Assembly (NCBI GenBank): GCA_964574065.1
Contig: CAZNKS010000001.1
Coordinates: 1-43,444 of the forward strand
DNA from: an uncultured Pseudomonadales bacterium
Lineage (GTDB): Bacteria; Patescibacteriota; Microgenomatia; UBA1400; UBA12028
Length of the DNA stretch: 43,444 nucleotides
Direction: 5' to 3'
Shown: positions 34,375 to 43,444 of the stretch, in pieces
Layout: each line of letters starts with the position of its first letter
Position numbering within the stretch: position 1 is the stretch's first letter
Made by a program: the position numbers and the translations under genes
Notes under the pieces: generated by a model
Database searches by the model: none
What the model saw: the letters and a program-made list of their open reading frames with translations, nothing else
Told to the model about the DNA's origin: nothing

Positions 34375-35070
34375 ATGTACAATACGGCTATGGGAGAACA
34401 AATAATAGCTGTCGTCCAGGCCGCCATATATGCTGTCATTGCGTTGACTGCTGTTTTCCTTTTCATTGGTGTTCTTATTATCTTTGCCTTTATTAGCCGA
34501 TGGTTTTCTCCCAAGAAAGAGAGTGTTTCCTTGGTTCGAAGACGTGGCCGTTCTAGATCTGAAGACGACGATACAAATACGTTTCAAGAGGAAATGTTGG
34601 AAACAGAGCTTGAAACAACTCCAGAAGAACCGGAGGAACCTCCTGTTAAACCGGTATCACCAGCAAGAGAACTTCCTATTTATGAGAAGTATCCCCAAAT
34701 GTACCGATTCGAGATTTTGTATTGGAGAGGAGTAAGTAAGCCTTGGTGGTGGAATAACTATGCGAAAGAACTCCTCGAGTATGCTGATGAATACTTTCCC
34801 CAAACAAAAGTAAACTTATTTGCTACGTACAATTCAAACTCCAAGAGTGCGGATTACAATAACCCCTCGTACCACAAGCGTATTTTGTCTCTTCGGCCAA
34901 AAAAGATTAGTAAACACCCACTTGTCGTCATCAACTATAACCAAGAGTACATTATGGTAGATAGCTATCCTGCTTTGGAAGCGATGAAGGATCGAATTGA
35001 TGCGGAATGGTATCGCCACTTTGGCTTCAAAAAAACATACCGAGATAGCCCCACTACATTCACACGATAG
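34375..35070 (+). CDS. Hypothetical membrane-anchored protein
   Basis: 231 aa with an N-terminal TM segment (IIAVVQAAIYAVIALTAVFLFIGVLIIFAFI), a basic/acidic linker and a Trp/Tyr-rich C-terminal domain. I recognise no family. Confidence 0.45.
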   Translation: MYNTAMGEQIIAVVQAAIYAVIALTAVFLFIGVLIIFAFISRWFSPKKESVSLVRRRGRSRSEDDDTNTFQEEMLETELETTPEEPEEPPVKPVSPARELPIYEKYPQMYRFEILYWRGVSKPWWWNNYAKELLEYADEYFPQTKVNLFATYNSNSKSADYNNPSYHKRILSLRPKKISKHPLVVINYNQEYIMVDSYPALEAMKDRIDAEWYRHFGFKKTYRDSPTTFTR

Positions 35071-35214
35071 AAGAAGTGAGGCACACCACTTCTCACTTAG
35101 AACTATCGTTATACAAAGAAATGGCGCTCTGCTTTCGGTATTATAACCTCGATCAAGTGTTTGTTAGAATAGGCGGTAATTACAAATATAAGCAACAAAA
35201 AAAAGAAGGATCAT

Positions 35215-35688
35215 ATGCCAATGGAAAGTCAACAAAATGCAAGCGATATTTTTTCGAGACTGATTCAAAATATGAGTGATAAAGATATTTTAAGAACAGA
35301 TGCTATTGGTAGCAACTTTGTTAGTCCAGAAGACTTGGAAAGAGTAAAAGAATTTATTAATAATCCTAAAAAAAATGAAGGGTTACTTAGATTATTGGAA
35401 AGAGAAGGTAGGGTTTTTGGAGTTGTTCACGCTGTAAATCCAGAGACTGATCATTCAGGTACTATAAACTATTTTGATCAATCAGGCTTCCCAATGGGGT
35501 TTGGCTACGACTTTCAGCGTAACCCAGATATGTATCCTGGGATTTCTAGTTTTGAGGTGGGGGATATCATTTTACTTGAGATGAATGGCCTAGAGAGAAA
35601 GAAAGTCACTAAACTTCCTTTAGCAAATGAAGATAGAGCCAATCTACTTGCTTATATTAAGAGTCAAAGTGATAGTTTAAATAAATGA
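35215..35688 (+). CDS. Hypothetical protein (157 aa), AT-rich orphan
   Basis: ATG ORF with GAAGGA upstream. Its composition is visibly more AT-rich than its neighbours. I recognise no family. Confidence 0.45.
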   Translation: MPMESQQNASDIFSRLIQNMSDKDILRTDAIGSNFVSPEDLERVKEFINNPKKNEGLLRLLEREGRVFGVVHAVNPETDHSGTINYFDQSGFPMGFGYDFQRNPDMYPGISSFEVGDIILLEMNGLERKKVTKLPLANEDRANLLAYIKSQSDSLNK

Positions 35689-35797
35689 TGTCCTGAAATC
35701 TTTTTGAGCTGCGGAGGGGATTTACCCGCTCAGGCTCATGGATTGTTAATCTTAATTGTATTTGCTTGAGCGAGTACCTTGCTTCTCATCCCAATTT

Positions 35798-35836
35798 CAA
35801 AAAACAAAAAGAAACCGATATTGGGTCTCTTTTTCT
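35798..35836. terminator. Bidirectional rho-independent terminator downstream of tRNA-Cys
   Basis: Stem AGAAACC (35810-35816) / GGTCTCT (35824-35830), 7 bp with one G-U pair, and a 7-nt loop. An A-run lies on one side and a T-run on the other. Confidence 0.6.
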
Positions 35837-35838
35837 TG

Positions 35839-35913
35839 AGGCACGGGCGGGATTTGAACCCGCGAATCGAAGGTTTTGCAGACCTCGCCATTAGGCCGCT
35901 CTGGTACCGTGCC
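35839..35913 (-). tRNA. tRNA-Cys (GCA)
   Basis: The reverse complement GGCACGGTACCAGAGCGGCCTAATGGCGAGGTCTGCAAAACCTTCGATTCGCGGGTTCAAATCCCGCCCGTGCCT folds as a cloverleaf. Acceptor GGCACGG/CCGTGCC, anticodon stem GAGGT/ACCTT with loop CTGCAAA (anticodon GCA), T arm GCGGG-TTCAAAT-CCCGC, and discriminator U. CCA is not encoded. Confidence 0.85.
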
Positions 35914-36027
35914 ATTGTCGGTAAGAATTGGAGTATAACGTATCTGGTAGAGATGGGAAAGAGGGCAGTCACCTTCTTTGTAAGAAAAAGGGAATTGGTC
36001 TAGACCCATGTTTTGGTTGATGTTAGA

Positions 36028-37023
36028 ATGAAATCTATGCACCTGCTTGTGAAATTTTCGGTTGTGACCGTGTCTTTTCTTCTCTTTGCAGCCTGCAATA
36101 AACTCTCTTCACAGCCTGCAGGTCTAAAAGTTATCACCAATGAACCTAGTTCTATTACTCTTGATAACGAAATCGTAGGGGAAAGCCCCTATCAAAGCTC
36201 TCAATTGAAGGTAAAAAAATACTCACTCAAACTGATGCCTGCTGTTGCAGGAAAACAACCGTTTGAGACCTCGGTGAAGCTTTATCCAGGATTCGAAACA
36301 CAAATTGAATGGACATTTGCCACAACCAAAGAAGAAAGCAGTGGTTTTGTTTTCGAGTATGAAGATGCCCAAAACAAATCCAAGGCAGAGCTTCAATTAA
36401 CTGCGAGCCCTGATAATGTCCCCGTGAGTATTGATGGAAAAAATGTTGGATTCACTCCCCTTTTGCTTGATAACTTGGAAGCAGGTACACACAACATTGT
36501 CATGCAGGCACCCGGGTATACATCCACAAATCGAAGTATTATTTTGGTCCAAGGCAAGCGCGTCTTAATGACAACCAAACTTGCAAAAGCTCCAACCCCC
36601 ACCCCATTGCCTCTTCCCATTCCAGAAGCGACACAGTCAGCTACAAAAGATGCAACTGCCTCTTCCAAAAAAGCTAGCCCCACACCAAAGGCAACTGCGA
36701 AGGCAAGCCCTTCCCCTTCCCCGAAAGCCTCAGCCACTCCGGCTGCATCTGCAAGCGCTACTCCGGCAGCGGGCGGAGCTGTAAAGAAAACGACAACTGA
36801 GAAACCGTACATTGAAGTGAAAGATACACCAACTGGATTCTTGCGGGTGAGAGAACAATCTGGAACCTCACCAACAGTAAATTCAAGTAAAGAATTATTT
36901 AAACTTGCTGTAGGATCAACCGTTCCATACGCCAATGCTTCCGCAAGCGGATGGTGGAAAGTCACCTATGATGGAACATCCACTGGATGGATTAGCAGCG
37001 AATACTCGGTGCTTGTGAAATAA
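36028..37023 (+). CDS. Lipoprotein with PEGA domains, a low-complexity Ala/Pro/Ser/Thr/Lys linker and a C-terminal SH3b-like domain
   Basis: Lipobox LLFAAC. PEGA-like VSIDGKNVGFTPLLLDNLEAGTHNIVMQAPGY. The linker is a low-complexity PTPTPLPLP...KASPSPSPKASATPAASASATPAAGGA tract. SH3b-like ASGWWKVTYDGTSTGWISSEY. Confidence 0.65.
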   Translation: MKSMHLLVKFSVVTVSFLLFAACNKLSSQPAGLKVITNEPSSITLDNEIVGESPYQSSQLKVKKYSLKLMPAVAGKQPFETSVKLYPGFETQIEWTFATTKEESSGFVFEYEDAQNKSKAELQLTASPDNVPVSIDGKNVGFTPLLLDNLEAGTHNIVMQAPGYTSTNRSIILVQGKRVLMTTKLAKAPTPTPLPLPIPEATQSATKDATASSKKASPTPKATAKASPSPSPKASATPAASASATPAAGGAVKKTTTEKPYIEVKDTPTGFLRVREQSGTSPTVNSSKELFKLAVGSTVPYANASASGWWKVTYDGTSTGWISSEYSVLVK

Positions 37024-37024
37024 T

Positions 37025-38305
37025 CTATTTCAGACCAAATCCCTTTTGAAGAAACTGATGAATCAGTAATCGAATTCTTTGAAATTGTGTCGGAGATTCA
37101 AAGTCTAATACGACTCTCACATTTTCCGGATTCGAACTGTCTACATCTACAACTTGTAGTTTCATCTTCGGATGAGAGAACGTGAGATTTGCCATCCGTC
37201 CCGAAAATGGCAAAAGGAACTTCCCTTTCTTATCGGAAAATGTAGTCCGTGAGCTTGAATACACGCGCACATCTTCTATTGGTTTTCCAAACGCATTCAC
37301 AACTATTCCTTTTGCAAGATTTGGTTTAAAGAAGGCATGGAGTGCTTCAACCGCTGGCTTTGGCTCACCGGTATCGGTCCAGATTGCAGTGGATCCTCCG
37401 ACGTTGACCCAGTAGTTAATACCCACAAGTGATGGACTTTGTGACAAAAGATTTAAACTTGATTCAATCCATTTAGCTTGCTCTTTCTCTGTCATCTCTC
37501 CATGAATATCTGGAATCGGTGCTCCAAATTCTCCCAAAATTACTTTTCCATTTCCCCGCTTTGCGAAATCCTCTATGTCAGCCGCTAATTGTTGGGGGCT
37601 TCCAACGTAATGATCAACGGTGATAATTCCACCCAATCTACTCGTTGTTTCTTGATCCATGATCAAGCGTGCAACATCTCCATTCATTGAATGAATATTA
37701 CTTTGGACATTTTTCCCAATTTCGCGAAAAAGTCGTTGAGTCATGTCATATTCATCTATCAAAAATTTCCTATGACCAGCTGCATCACCGTTTATACGAG
37801 GATCACCAGGACCTCCGTTTTCGCATTCAGGACATGCCGAAAAGAGATCACCGCTTTCAAAAAGATCGGGATGTTCAGTTATGAATGAAGCAAGTAATTG
37901 TTTATGTTGCTCCCGGGTTATCTTTTCGTAGCCAAACCAACCTTCCCATCCAGAAAAGTTTCCCCGAAACCAAACCTTCAAATTTTCTCGTCTCGCAGCT
38001 CCGACCCATCGTTTGAGAATAGGCAAGAATTCCTCATCGTATGGTGTAGCAATCCCAACGTGTGTAGCACCGACTTCTTTAATCTGACGGACTTGTGTAT
38101 TCACAATAGCTTCAAGCTCATCCATCTTGGATAAGAATTCACGTGAAGGATCACGTGAGTATTTCATCGTATCTATAGACTGAAAGTCCCAAAAGTGTTC
38201 TGATGATGCTTGCGCAAAAACAGAAGATGAAGAGAGAACAAGGAAACCCATGCTCACAAGGAACATACAAACTATCCGCTGGAGGAGAAAGAATGGAGAG
38301 AACAT
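37025..38305 (-). CDS. Putative secreted glycoside hydrolase (TIM-barrel-like) with a C-terminal carboxypeptidase-regulatory-like beta-sandwich
   Basis: Signal peptide from the ATG at 38305 (MFSPFFLLQRIVCMFLVSMGFLVLSSSSVFAQA). GEFG-type segment VILGEFGAP. C-terminal GIVVNAFGKPIEDVRVYSS..FSDKKGKFLL. The family assignment is tentative. Confidence 0.4.
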   Translation of the reverse strand: MFSPFFLLQRIVCMFLVSMGFLVLSSSSVFAQASSEHFWDFQSIDTMKYSRDPSREFLSKMDELEAIVNTQVRQIKEVGATHVGIATPYDEEFLPILKRWVGAARRENLKVWFRGNFSGWEGWFGYEKITREQHKQLLASFITEHPDLFESGDLFSACPECENGGPGDPRINGDAAGHRKFLIDEYDMTQRLFREIGKNVQSNIHSMNGDVARLIMDQETTSRLGGIITVDHYVGSPQQLAADIEDFAKRGNGKVILGEFGAPIPDIHGEMTEKEQAKWIESSLNLLSQSPSLVGINYWVNVGGSTAIWTDTGEPKPAVEALHAFFKPNLAKGIVVNAFGKPIEDVRVYSSSRTTFSDKKGKFLLPFSGRMANLTFSHPKMKLQVVDVDSSNPENVRVVLDFESPTQFQRIRLLIHQFLQKGFGLK

Positions 38306-38344
38306 TATGTCTTCGTTGTTCACGCGATGAGTGTGCCTACCTTC

Positions 38345-41056
38345 CTACAGCTTCTTCCAATCAAAGATCGCCGTGGCATGTGCTCCAGCGTCATAGTATT
38401 CTATGACAATAGTATGCACTCCAGCAGTCAAACTTTTCTGAATTTGATAGGTGGTCGTCGGCTGGTGAATCCAGTAATTGAGAACTGTTTCTCCATCAAT
38501 TTTCAAACGAAACCCATCATCAACAGTCATCGTAAACTCATAGAGTCCTGCTTCTACCGATGGTGTGGTCGTCGTAAAACGAGCAGAGAAATTATCTGCA
38601 GGAACGATAGGATCAGGTGATGCCGATCCCCAAGCAAAATCAATTTTGCTATCAGTCCTCGTTAAAACCGGTGAACCAGAGAGCGTCAGATTGTTAAAAA
38701 ATTGCGAGGTGAATTCCGAGGTCACGACCGGAGGCAATTCATCTGAAATCTTTTCCATCGACAGCTTTGCAACTGCTCCCCATGCATTCTCATAATATTC
38801 CAGTACTACAGCGTGTTGCCCTGCCGTCAAAGGAACATCCACGGTGTATGTGGTTGGAGCTTGATCGACCCAGCGCTCCAGTACCACTTCATTATCAATT
38901 TTGAGTCTGACTCCATCGTCTCCTGTCACGGTGAAGCGATATGTCCCTTGAGCAAAGGTTGGGTTCTGACTCCATCGTACTGAAAATCCATCGGCGGGTA
39001 GTTGCACCACAGGAGCTTGACTTCCCCATTCAAATTGAATCGTATCATCAATTCTTGTGAACGCTGGGATTCCTGATACATTCATGTTCGCAAAATATTC
39101 ACCCAAGAATGCGGATCCTACGGACACTTGTTCAATCGGTTCGTGTGACAAACTCGCAACCGCGCCCCCACCTTTTTCGTAGTATTCCAATACAATAGTG
39201 TGATCTCCTGCTTCTAATGTAGTTTCATAGGTATATAACGACGGTGCTTGGTCAATCCATTTATCAATCACCAGCTGATTGTCAATAAATAATCGAACGC
39301 CATCATCAGCTTGAACCGTGAATTTGTATGTTCCCTGTGCAAAAGTTGTAATACTTGTCCAGCGAGCAGAAAAGTCATCAATAGGAATTGAGGGATCTGG
39401 AGATCCTGCTCCCCAATCATAATTTATACCCGTTTCTGCACGAGTGAGTGTCGGTGTGCCTTCTAAGGTTCTATTTGCATAGTACTGTGCAGTAAACGCT
39501 CCATTCGCAGTAGGCGTGGGTGTCGGAGTTGCAGTCGGAGTAGGAGATGGGGTGACAGTTGGTATCTGTTCGAAGCTCATACTCATAATGGCTCCCCATG
39601 CATTTTCATAGTACTCTGCCACAACTTCATGTGTCCCTTCGGTTAACGGGACATCTACTGTGTAAGTTGTAGGTGGTTGATCAATCCACTTATCGATGAT
39701 TACATTTCCATCAATTTTGAGTCTGACTCCATCATCCGCACGCACAGTAAAGCGATAGGTTCCCTGTGAAAAGGAAATTGTTTTTGTCCAACGAGCGGAG
39801 AAGCTATCAACATTCACGATAGGATCAGGAGAACTACTCCCCCAGTCAGCTCCTACACTTACTTCATTGCGGGTTAGCACTGGAGGACCAGATAAATTCA
39901 TATTATTAAAGTAATGCGCCGTATACCCATCCCCTGGTGGTGGCGTAGGCGTGGGAGTAACAACCGGGGTTGCTGTTGGAGTAGGTGTTGGAGTAGAAGG
40001 ACCGCCTTGAGCACCAAGCGCAGCTGCCCAGGCTTGTGCCATCTTGTCATATCCTACTTGATTGGGATGAACTCCATCTGGCATGTCTGCCGTGGTGACA
40101 GATCCATAGATATCGACGATTGATAGGTTCGGATTCGTTTGCTTCTTTTGATTGATAAGCGTTGTAATACTTTGGTTGTAGCTTTGTGCTTTTTGATTTT
40201 GTGTTTCATTGGCAATAGGAGGAATGGTTCCGACATACACCTTTGCGGTTGGAGCCAAGGCAACAATCGAATCAACTACATTTCCTAATCGATTTGGAGC
40301 ACTATCAAGTTGGAAGCTTTGTAAAATATCATTGGTTCCAATAAGTAGCAAAATCGAATCTGGTTGATATTGAGTCAACCAATTTTGAATCTGGGATTGA
40401 ATCTCATCGATACGAAACCCAGGATGCCCCTCATGATCATGATCAGCTAAGCTACTAGGGCCACTTGATTGTGTGCCTAAGAAATCAATGCCTGGGATGA
40501 GTTCATATAACTTCGTCCTGTACGCACCATCAACGCTATATCCATGTGTCAAAGAGTCACCAATTGGCATGATCAGCTTTCCATTTGAAGTTGTGACTTC
40601 TGACCAAGAAAGCTTGGCCACAGCAGCCCCTCCTGCATCATAAAATTCCATAACAACGGTATGTGTGCCTTCTGAAAGGTCAAGCACAGCCGCATATGTG
40701 GTAGCAGCTTGATGTACCCATCGATCGATTTTGAGTTGTCCGTCAATGTAGAGGCGTACTCCATCATCTGCTGTTACTAAAAATCTGTATTTACCTGCTG
40801 CAAATGAAACGTTACCTGTCCAGCGAGCAGAGAAATTATCAGTTGTTACAGAAGCATCGGGAGAACCGGAACCAAAATCATGGTTTGGAGTGTCTTCTGT
40901 TCGTTCTAAAACTGGAGCCCCAGAAAGGTCAAGACTGTTGAAATACTGAGCAGAAAAAGATTCTGCTGCCAATGCTTTCTGAGGAAGGAGTGTTCCTGCT
41001 AGAAGCAGAAACAGTGAGATAAAAAGACTTGATAGTATAAAAACGTGTGTGTGCAT
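38345..41056 (-). CDS. Large secreted protein: PA14 domain, SGNH/GDSL hydrolase domain, then four more PA14 domains joined by PT-rich linkers
   Basis: Signal peptide. There are five repeats of the pattern F[ST]AQYFNN..LSG.P...R....I.[FY].WG..SP......D.FSARWT....F..G.Y.F.V.ADDGVRL.IDG..VID.W, at roughly aa 33-153, 378-497, 521-640, 650-769 and 782-903. SGNH blocks are IGDSLTHGY, LLLIGTNDI and DGVHPNQVGY (aa ~158-348). Confidence 0.85.
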   Translation of the reverse strand: MHTHVFILSSLFISLFLLLAGTLLPQKALAAESFSAQYFNSLDLSGAPVLERTEDTPNHDFGSGSPDASVTTDNFSARWTGNVSFAAGKYRFLVTADDGVRLYIDGQLKIDRWVHQAATTYAAVLDLSEGTHTVVMEFYDAGGAAVAKLSWSEVTTSNGKLIMPIGDSLTHGYSVDGAYRTKLYELIPGIDFLGTQSSGPSSLADHDHEGHPGFRIDEIQSQIQNWLTQYQPDSILLLIGTNDILQSFQLDSAPNRLGNVVDSIVALAPTAKVYVGTIPPIANETQNQKAQSYNQSITTLINQKKQTNPNLSIVDIYGSVTTADMPDGVHPNQVGYDKMAQAWAAALGAQGGPSTPTPTPTATPVVTPTPTPPPGDGYTAHYFNNMNLSGPPVLTRNEVSVGADWGSSSPDPIVNVDSFSARWTKTISFSQGTYRFTVRADDGVRLKIDGNVIIDKWIDQPPTTYTVDVPLTEGTHEVVAEYYENAWGAIMSMSFEQIPTVTPSPTPTATPTPTPTANGAFTAQYYANRTLEGTPTLTRAETGINYDWGAGSPDPSIPIDDFSARWTSITTFAQGTYKFTVQADDGVRLFIDNQLVIDKWIDQAPSLYTYETTLEAGDHTIVLEYYEKGGGAVASLSHEPIEQVSVGSAFLGEYFANMNVSGIPAFTRIDDTIQFEWGSQAPVVQLPADGFSVRWSQNPTFAQGTYRFTVTGDDGVRLKIDNEVVLERWVDQAPTTYTVDVPLTAGQHAVVLEYYENAWGAVAKLSMEKISDELPPVVTSEFTSQFFNNLTLSGSPVLTRTDSKIDFAWGSASPDPIVPADNFSARFTTTTPSVEAGLYEFTMTVDDGFRLKIDGETVLNYWIHQPTTTYQIQKSLTAGVHTIVIEYYDAGAHATAIFDWKKL

Positions 41057-41075
41057 ACAGGCTTTGAAATAAAGA

Positions 41076-42191
41076 TTACGATGTGTGTATCAATTGTGAT
41101 AATTTTCCAAGCAGTGTTGCTCCTTTGTATTGCAATGCCATTTTCCAGTCTGCTTTTCCCCAGTGAACCAAGAATTCATCCGTGTGAGTCGACATATTCC
41201 AGAGTCCATGGGCACCATACGCGTGTCCGGCTGCCCCATAGGTCACACTCACCCAGAATGCGAGCGCTTGGTAGCTCGCATCAAATGTACCTAGGATTCC
41301 CTCATACCATGGTTCCAGATTAATGATTGGTTTTCCTTTTCCACTGTTCTCCCGCAGTGTTTGTATCATGAAATTGATCGATTCTTCACTGTGTCCTGAT
41401 TGAATTGAATCGATGTCTAACCAAGATGGATCTCCCATTAGAATTCTGGCCGTTGTCTTTGCTTGCACGTGGATCGTACGCAAGTTTTTATGCTTATCGG
41501 ACGCTGCAACAAAGGACCCAATTCGATTCCATTTTTCTATTCGTTCTCGTCCTGCTTGTGAGAGTGACGAGGATTCATTCACCGCTGCAGATAATCCGTT
41601 CCTTACAAATCGTACAGCCTTTACCAAAAATTTGGGTAAGAAAACGGGTAGTGATTTTCTAATATGGGCTGTTATTGATGGGGAAAATGGAGTATTCGTA
41701 CCGAAATCTACTTCTCCACACAAAGAAAAGATGACTGGTACGTGACTATATCGACGAACAATTTCTTTCCACCATGCGCAAATTGTTTCCTCACCAAGAT
41801 CATCTATGTGGTGTCCCCATCCCCCAAAAATTACAGGAACAAGATTATGTTCAATGAAGAATGCAATTCTCCTATCAACTTCAGAAAAATACGCAACGTT
41901 TATTCCCCATTCATTCTTATGTTGTACAAACGGCATCCCTGTTCCACTTGCTGCATATGGAGAATCAATTGGAATTTCAGGTGGGACTCCAACGACACAC
42001 TGAATCGCTGTGAAACCTTTGGCTTCTCGGTCCAGCACTATTTTTTGAAAATCTTTCCAGGAAGTTCGAACAGACATTGCGTACCAAAGCGTATCTGCTA
42101 AATAGAAGAATGGAGTACCATCTTCAAAGCAGAGTGTGCTTTTGTTCAAAGCCACTTGTATTCGCTGGTGATTTTTCAATTTTGTTTTCAT
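41076..42191 (-). CDS. DUF4038-type (GH140-like) glycoside hydrolase
   Basis: The N-terminal FEDGTPFFYLADTLWYAMSVRTSWKDFQKIVLDREAKGFTAIQ matches the DUF4038 opening (dG.PFf.lgDT.W). The track start at 42209 is a TTG, and an ATG lies at 42191. Confidence 0.55.
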   Translation of the reverse strand: MKTKLKNHQRIQVALNKSTLCFEDGTPFFYLADTLWYAMSVRTSWKDFQKIVLDREAKGFTAIQCVVGVPPEIPIDSPYAASGTGMPFVQHKNEWGINVAYFSEVDRRIAFFIEHNLVPVIFGGWGHHIDDLGEETICAWWKEIVRRYSHVPVIFSLCGEVDFGTNTPFSPSITAHIRKSLPVFLPKFLVKAVRFVRNGLSAAVNESSSLSQAGRERIEKWNRIGSFVAASDKHKNLRTIHVQAKTTARILMGDPSWLDIDSIQSGHSEESINFMIQTLRENSGKGKPIINLEPWYEGILGTFDASYQALAFWVSVTYGAAGHAYGAHGLWNMSTHTDEFLVHWGKADWKMALQYKGATLLGKLSQLIHTS

Positions 42192-42201
42192 GTATTTTGT
42201 A

Positions 42202-43443
42202 CTATACAAGACCTAATAGCTTTGTCGCAGCATTGACTGGAATCTCCACGTCTTCTAAACGAATCGGTGCATCCTGAGGTACATTTCGCTTGAGCCGTGC
42301 ACCCTTTGCAACCCCTACTGGAAGATATTCCGCATTTGTTGCTGCTTTACGAATGCTCCCGTACATTGTGTCTCCACCAATACCATCCAATGTCTGTCCG
42401 ACTTCCAAATCAGATTTTGCAATTGTGATCGTGGTTGTTTTCGGGTTTAGGCCATTGTTAATGGTTTCTACTCCATAGAGGACAACTTTTGCGATTGATT
42501 CTGCAACTTCTAAGTGACACAGATGATACGAATCAAAAAGTACATAGCGAGGACCATCGCCCATATTTAAGTATCGAAGGTATTTTTGTTGATGAGGATC
42601 AACATGTTCTGCCACAATAAACACCCCAGGGAATAAATTCTTTCCGATCATGAAATCAACGACTCCTTGTTCTGGAATACTATCCCAATCAAACATTGAA
42701 AGAACCTGATCGAATCGTTCGACTGCTGGTCCCTTCATGCCTGCCGCAAAAAGTCCCATGCCAAAGTAGTTTGCAACTAAGGTCATTTCAATTGATTGTT
42801 TGGTTCCATCTGTAAAGGATACGGTTTGTCTGACTGCAAGCCCTTTATCATCTGCCCATGGTTTCATTTTCTTTTGGGTTGCATGACGGTCCATGTATCG
42901 TTTCATGTTGCCAGCCAATATGGGTTTAAAACCTTTGAGTTTGCTTGATGCGATAAGGCGAGACAAGCTTCCTGGTTGATCTCCAACCACATCGGTAATA
43001 TGCAAATTCTTTGAATCAAAAAGTTGTTTGAGTTGTGTTCCGACAGTTGCCTGCAATTCAGGATTCATAGTCACCAAATGCTTGCCAGCTTCATAGGCAG
43101 CCAGAGCAACTTGCGTTCCGTAATCAACGGTACCGGTCATTTCCAATACGACGTCAGCTTCAACTTTTTTAATTAAATCCAAATCATCTGATACACAGAT
43201 ATTCCCTTTTGCAACACAATCCCACAACTCATTTTCTTTGTGACAAACGGTTGTTTTGTATCCTTCATTCTGAAGAAAATCGACTGTTTCTTGAGGGCGT
43301 CTGCTGATGATAAGTGGGATACGAATTCTGTTTGCATGTTGCATCAACGACACAAATCCAAATCCCATGAAACCCAAGCCCACCACAATTACATCGATTG
43401 GTTTTTCTCGTTTGTTTAGATGGTCAAGTAGTACTGTTTGCAT
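42202..43443 (-). CDS. NAD(P)-binding dehydrogenase with a C-terminal SAF domain (COG4091-like, homoserine-dehydrogenase-like fold)
   Basis: Rossmann N-terminus PIDVIVVGLGFMGFGFV. The C-terminal part of about 70 aa resembles SAF (AKSDLEVGQTLDGIGG...LPVGVAKGARLKRNV). The ATG lies at the window edge (43443). Confidence 0.55.
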   Translation of the reverse strand: MQTVLLDHLNKREKPIDVIVVGLGFMGFGFVSLMQHANRIRIPLIISRRPQETVDFLQNEGYKTTVCHKENELWDCVAKGNICVSDDLDLIKKVEADVVLEMTGTVDYGTQVALAAYEAGKHLVTMNPELQATVGTQLKQLFDSKNLHITDVVGDQPGSLSRLIASSKLKGFKPILAGNMKRYMDRHATQKKMKPWADDKGLAVRQTVSFTDGTKQSIEMTLVANYFGMGLFAAGMKGPAVERFDQVLSMFDWDSIPEQGVVDFMIGKNLFPGVFIVAEHVDPHQQKYLRYLNMGDGPRYVLFDSYHLCHLEVAESIAKVVLYGVETINNGLNPKTTTITIAKSDLEVGQTLDGIGGDTMYGSIRKAATNAEYLPVGVAKGARLKRNVPQDAPIRLEDVEIPVNAATKLLGLV

Positions 43444-43444
43444 A

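Noticed and set aside
35071-35100. Hairpin AGAAGTG-N8-CACTTCT after ORF 34375..35070 as a terminator
   Set aside because: No U-tract follows and the stem is AT-rich. Not annotated.
1-43444. Search for IS elements, transposases, integrases, rRNA genes and prophage genes
   Set aside because: No ORF in the six-frame track shows DDE, tyrosine or serine recombinase motifs or phage structural hallmarks that I can recognise. No rRNA-like sequence was noticed.

Overview
This is a 43.4-kb chromosomal window from a low-GC bacterium with small, tightly packed genes. By inference only, it looks like a CPR/Patescibacteria (Microgenomates-like) genome. The signs are many secreted or membrane-anchored proteins with PT-rich linkers, LTD, PA14 and PEGA domains, an RRM protein, and a reduced glycolytic gene set. 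RF2 is present, so UGA is a stop codon (standard code 11).

The housekeeping content is:
- cell division and core functions: an ftsE-ftsX-(PcsB-like) division operon, prfB, tatD, secG, a MurF-like ligase, cyclophilin, HU, pgk-gap and tRNA-Cys;
- a polyprenyl-phosphate-linked glycan and envelope cluster at 21.3-30.9 kb (processive GT2, GT-C, WecA/MraY-type, DPPR-synthase-type UbiA, RmlA-like, polyprenyl synthase);
- a secreted carbohydrate-active cluster at 37-43.4 kb, including a 903-aa protein with five PA14 domains and one SGNH domain.

The stand-out region is a roughly 6.7-kb AT-rich island (about 5.78-12.44 kb) between prfB and tatD. All 11 of its ORFs are on the minus strand and fall into 7 cassettes. 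The cassettes are separated by six copies of a structured repeat of about 109 bp (two copies are an 84-86 bp short form), and there are degenerate remnants at both outer edges. The cargo is typical accessory or defence-type content: HEPN-MNT, a degenerate kinase-like protein, a three-gene orphan operon, a cupin, a NUDIX hydrolase, and a PD-(D/E)XK nuclease with a small acidic partner.

The layout is integron-like (CALIN-like). However, the repeat does not match canonical attC R boxes, no recombinase is visible, and each cassette appears to carry its own leaderless promoter. I consider it a candidate undescribed cassette system. No rRNA, CRISPR array, IS element or transposase was seen.
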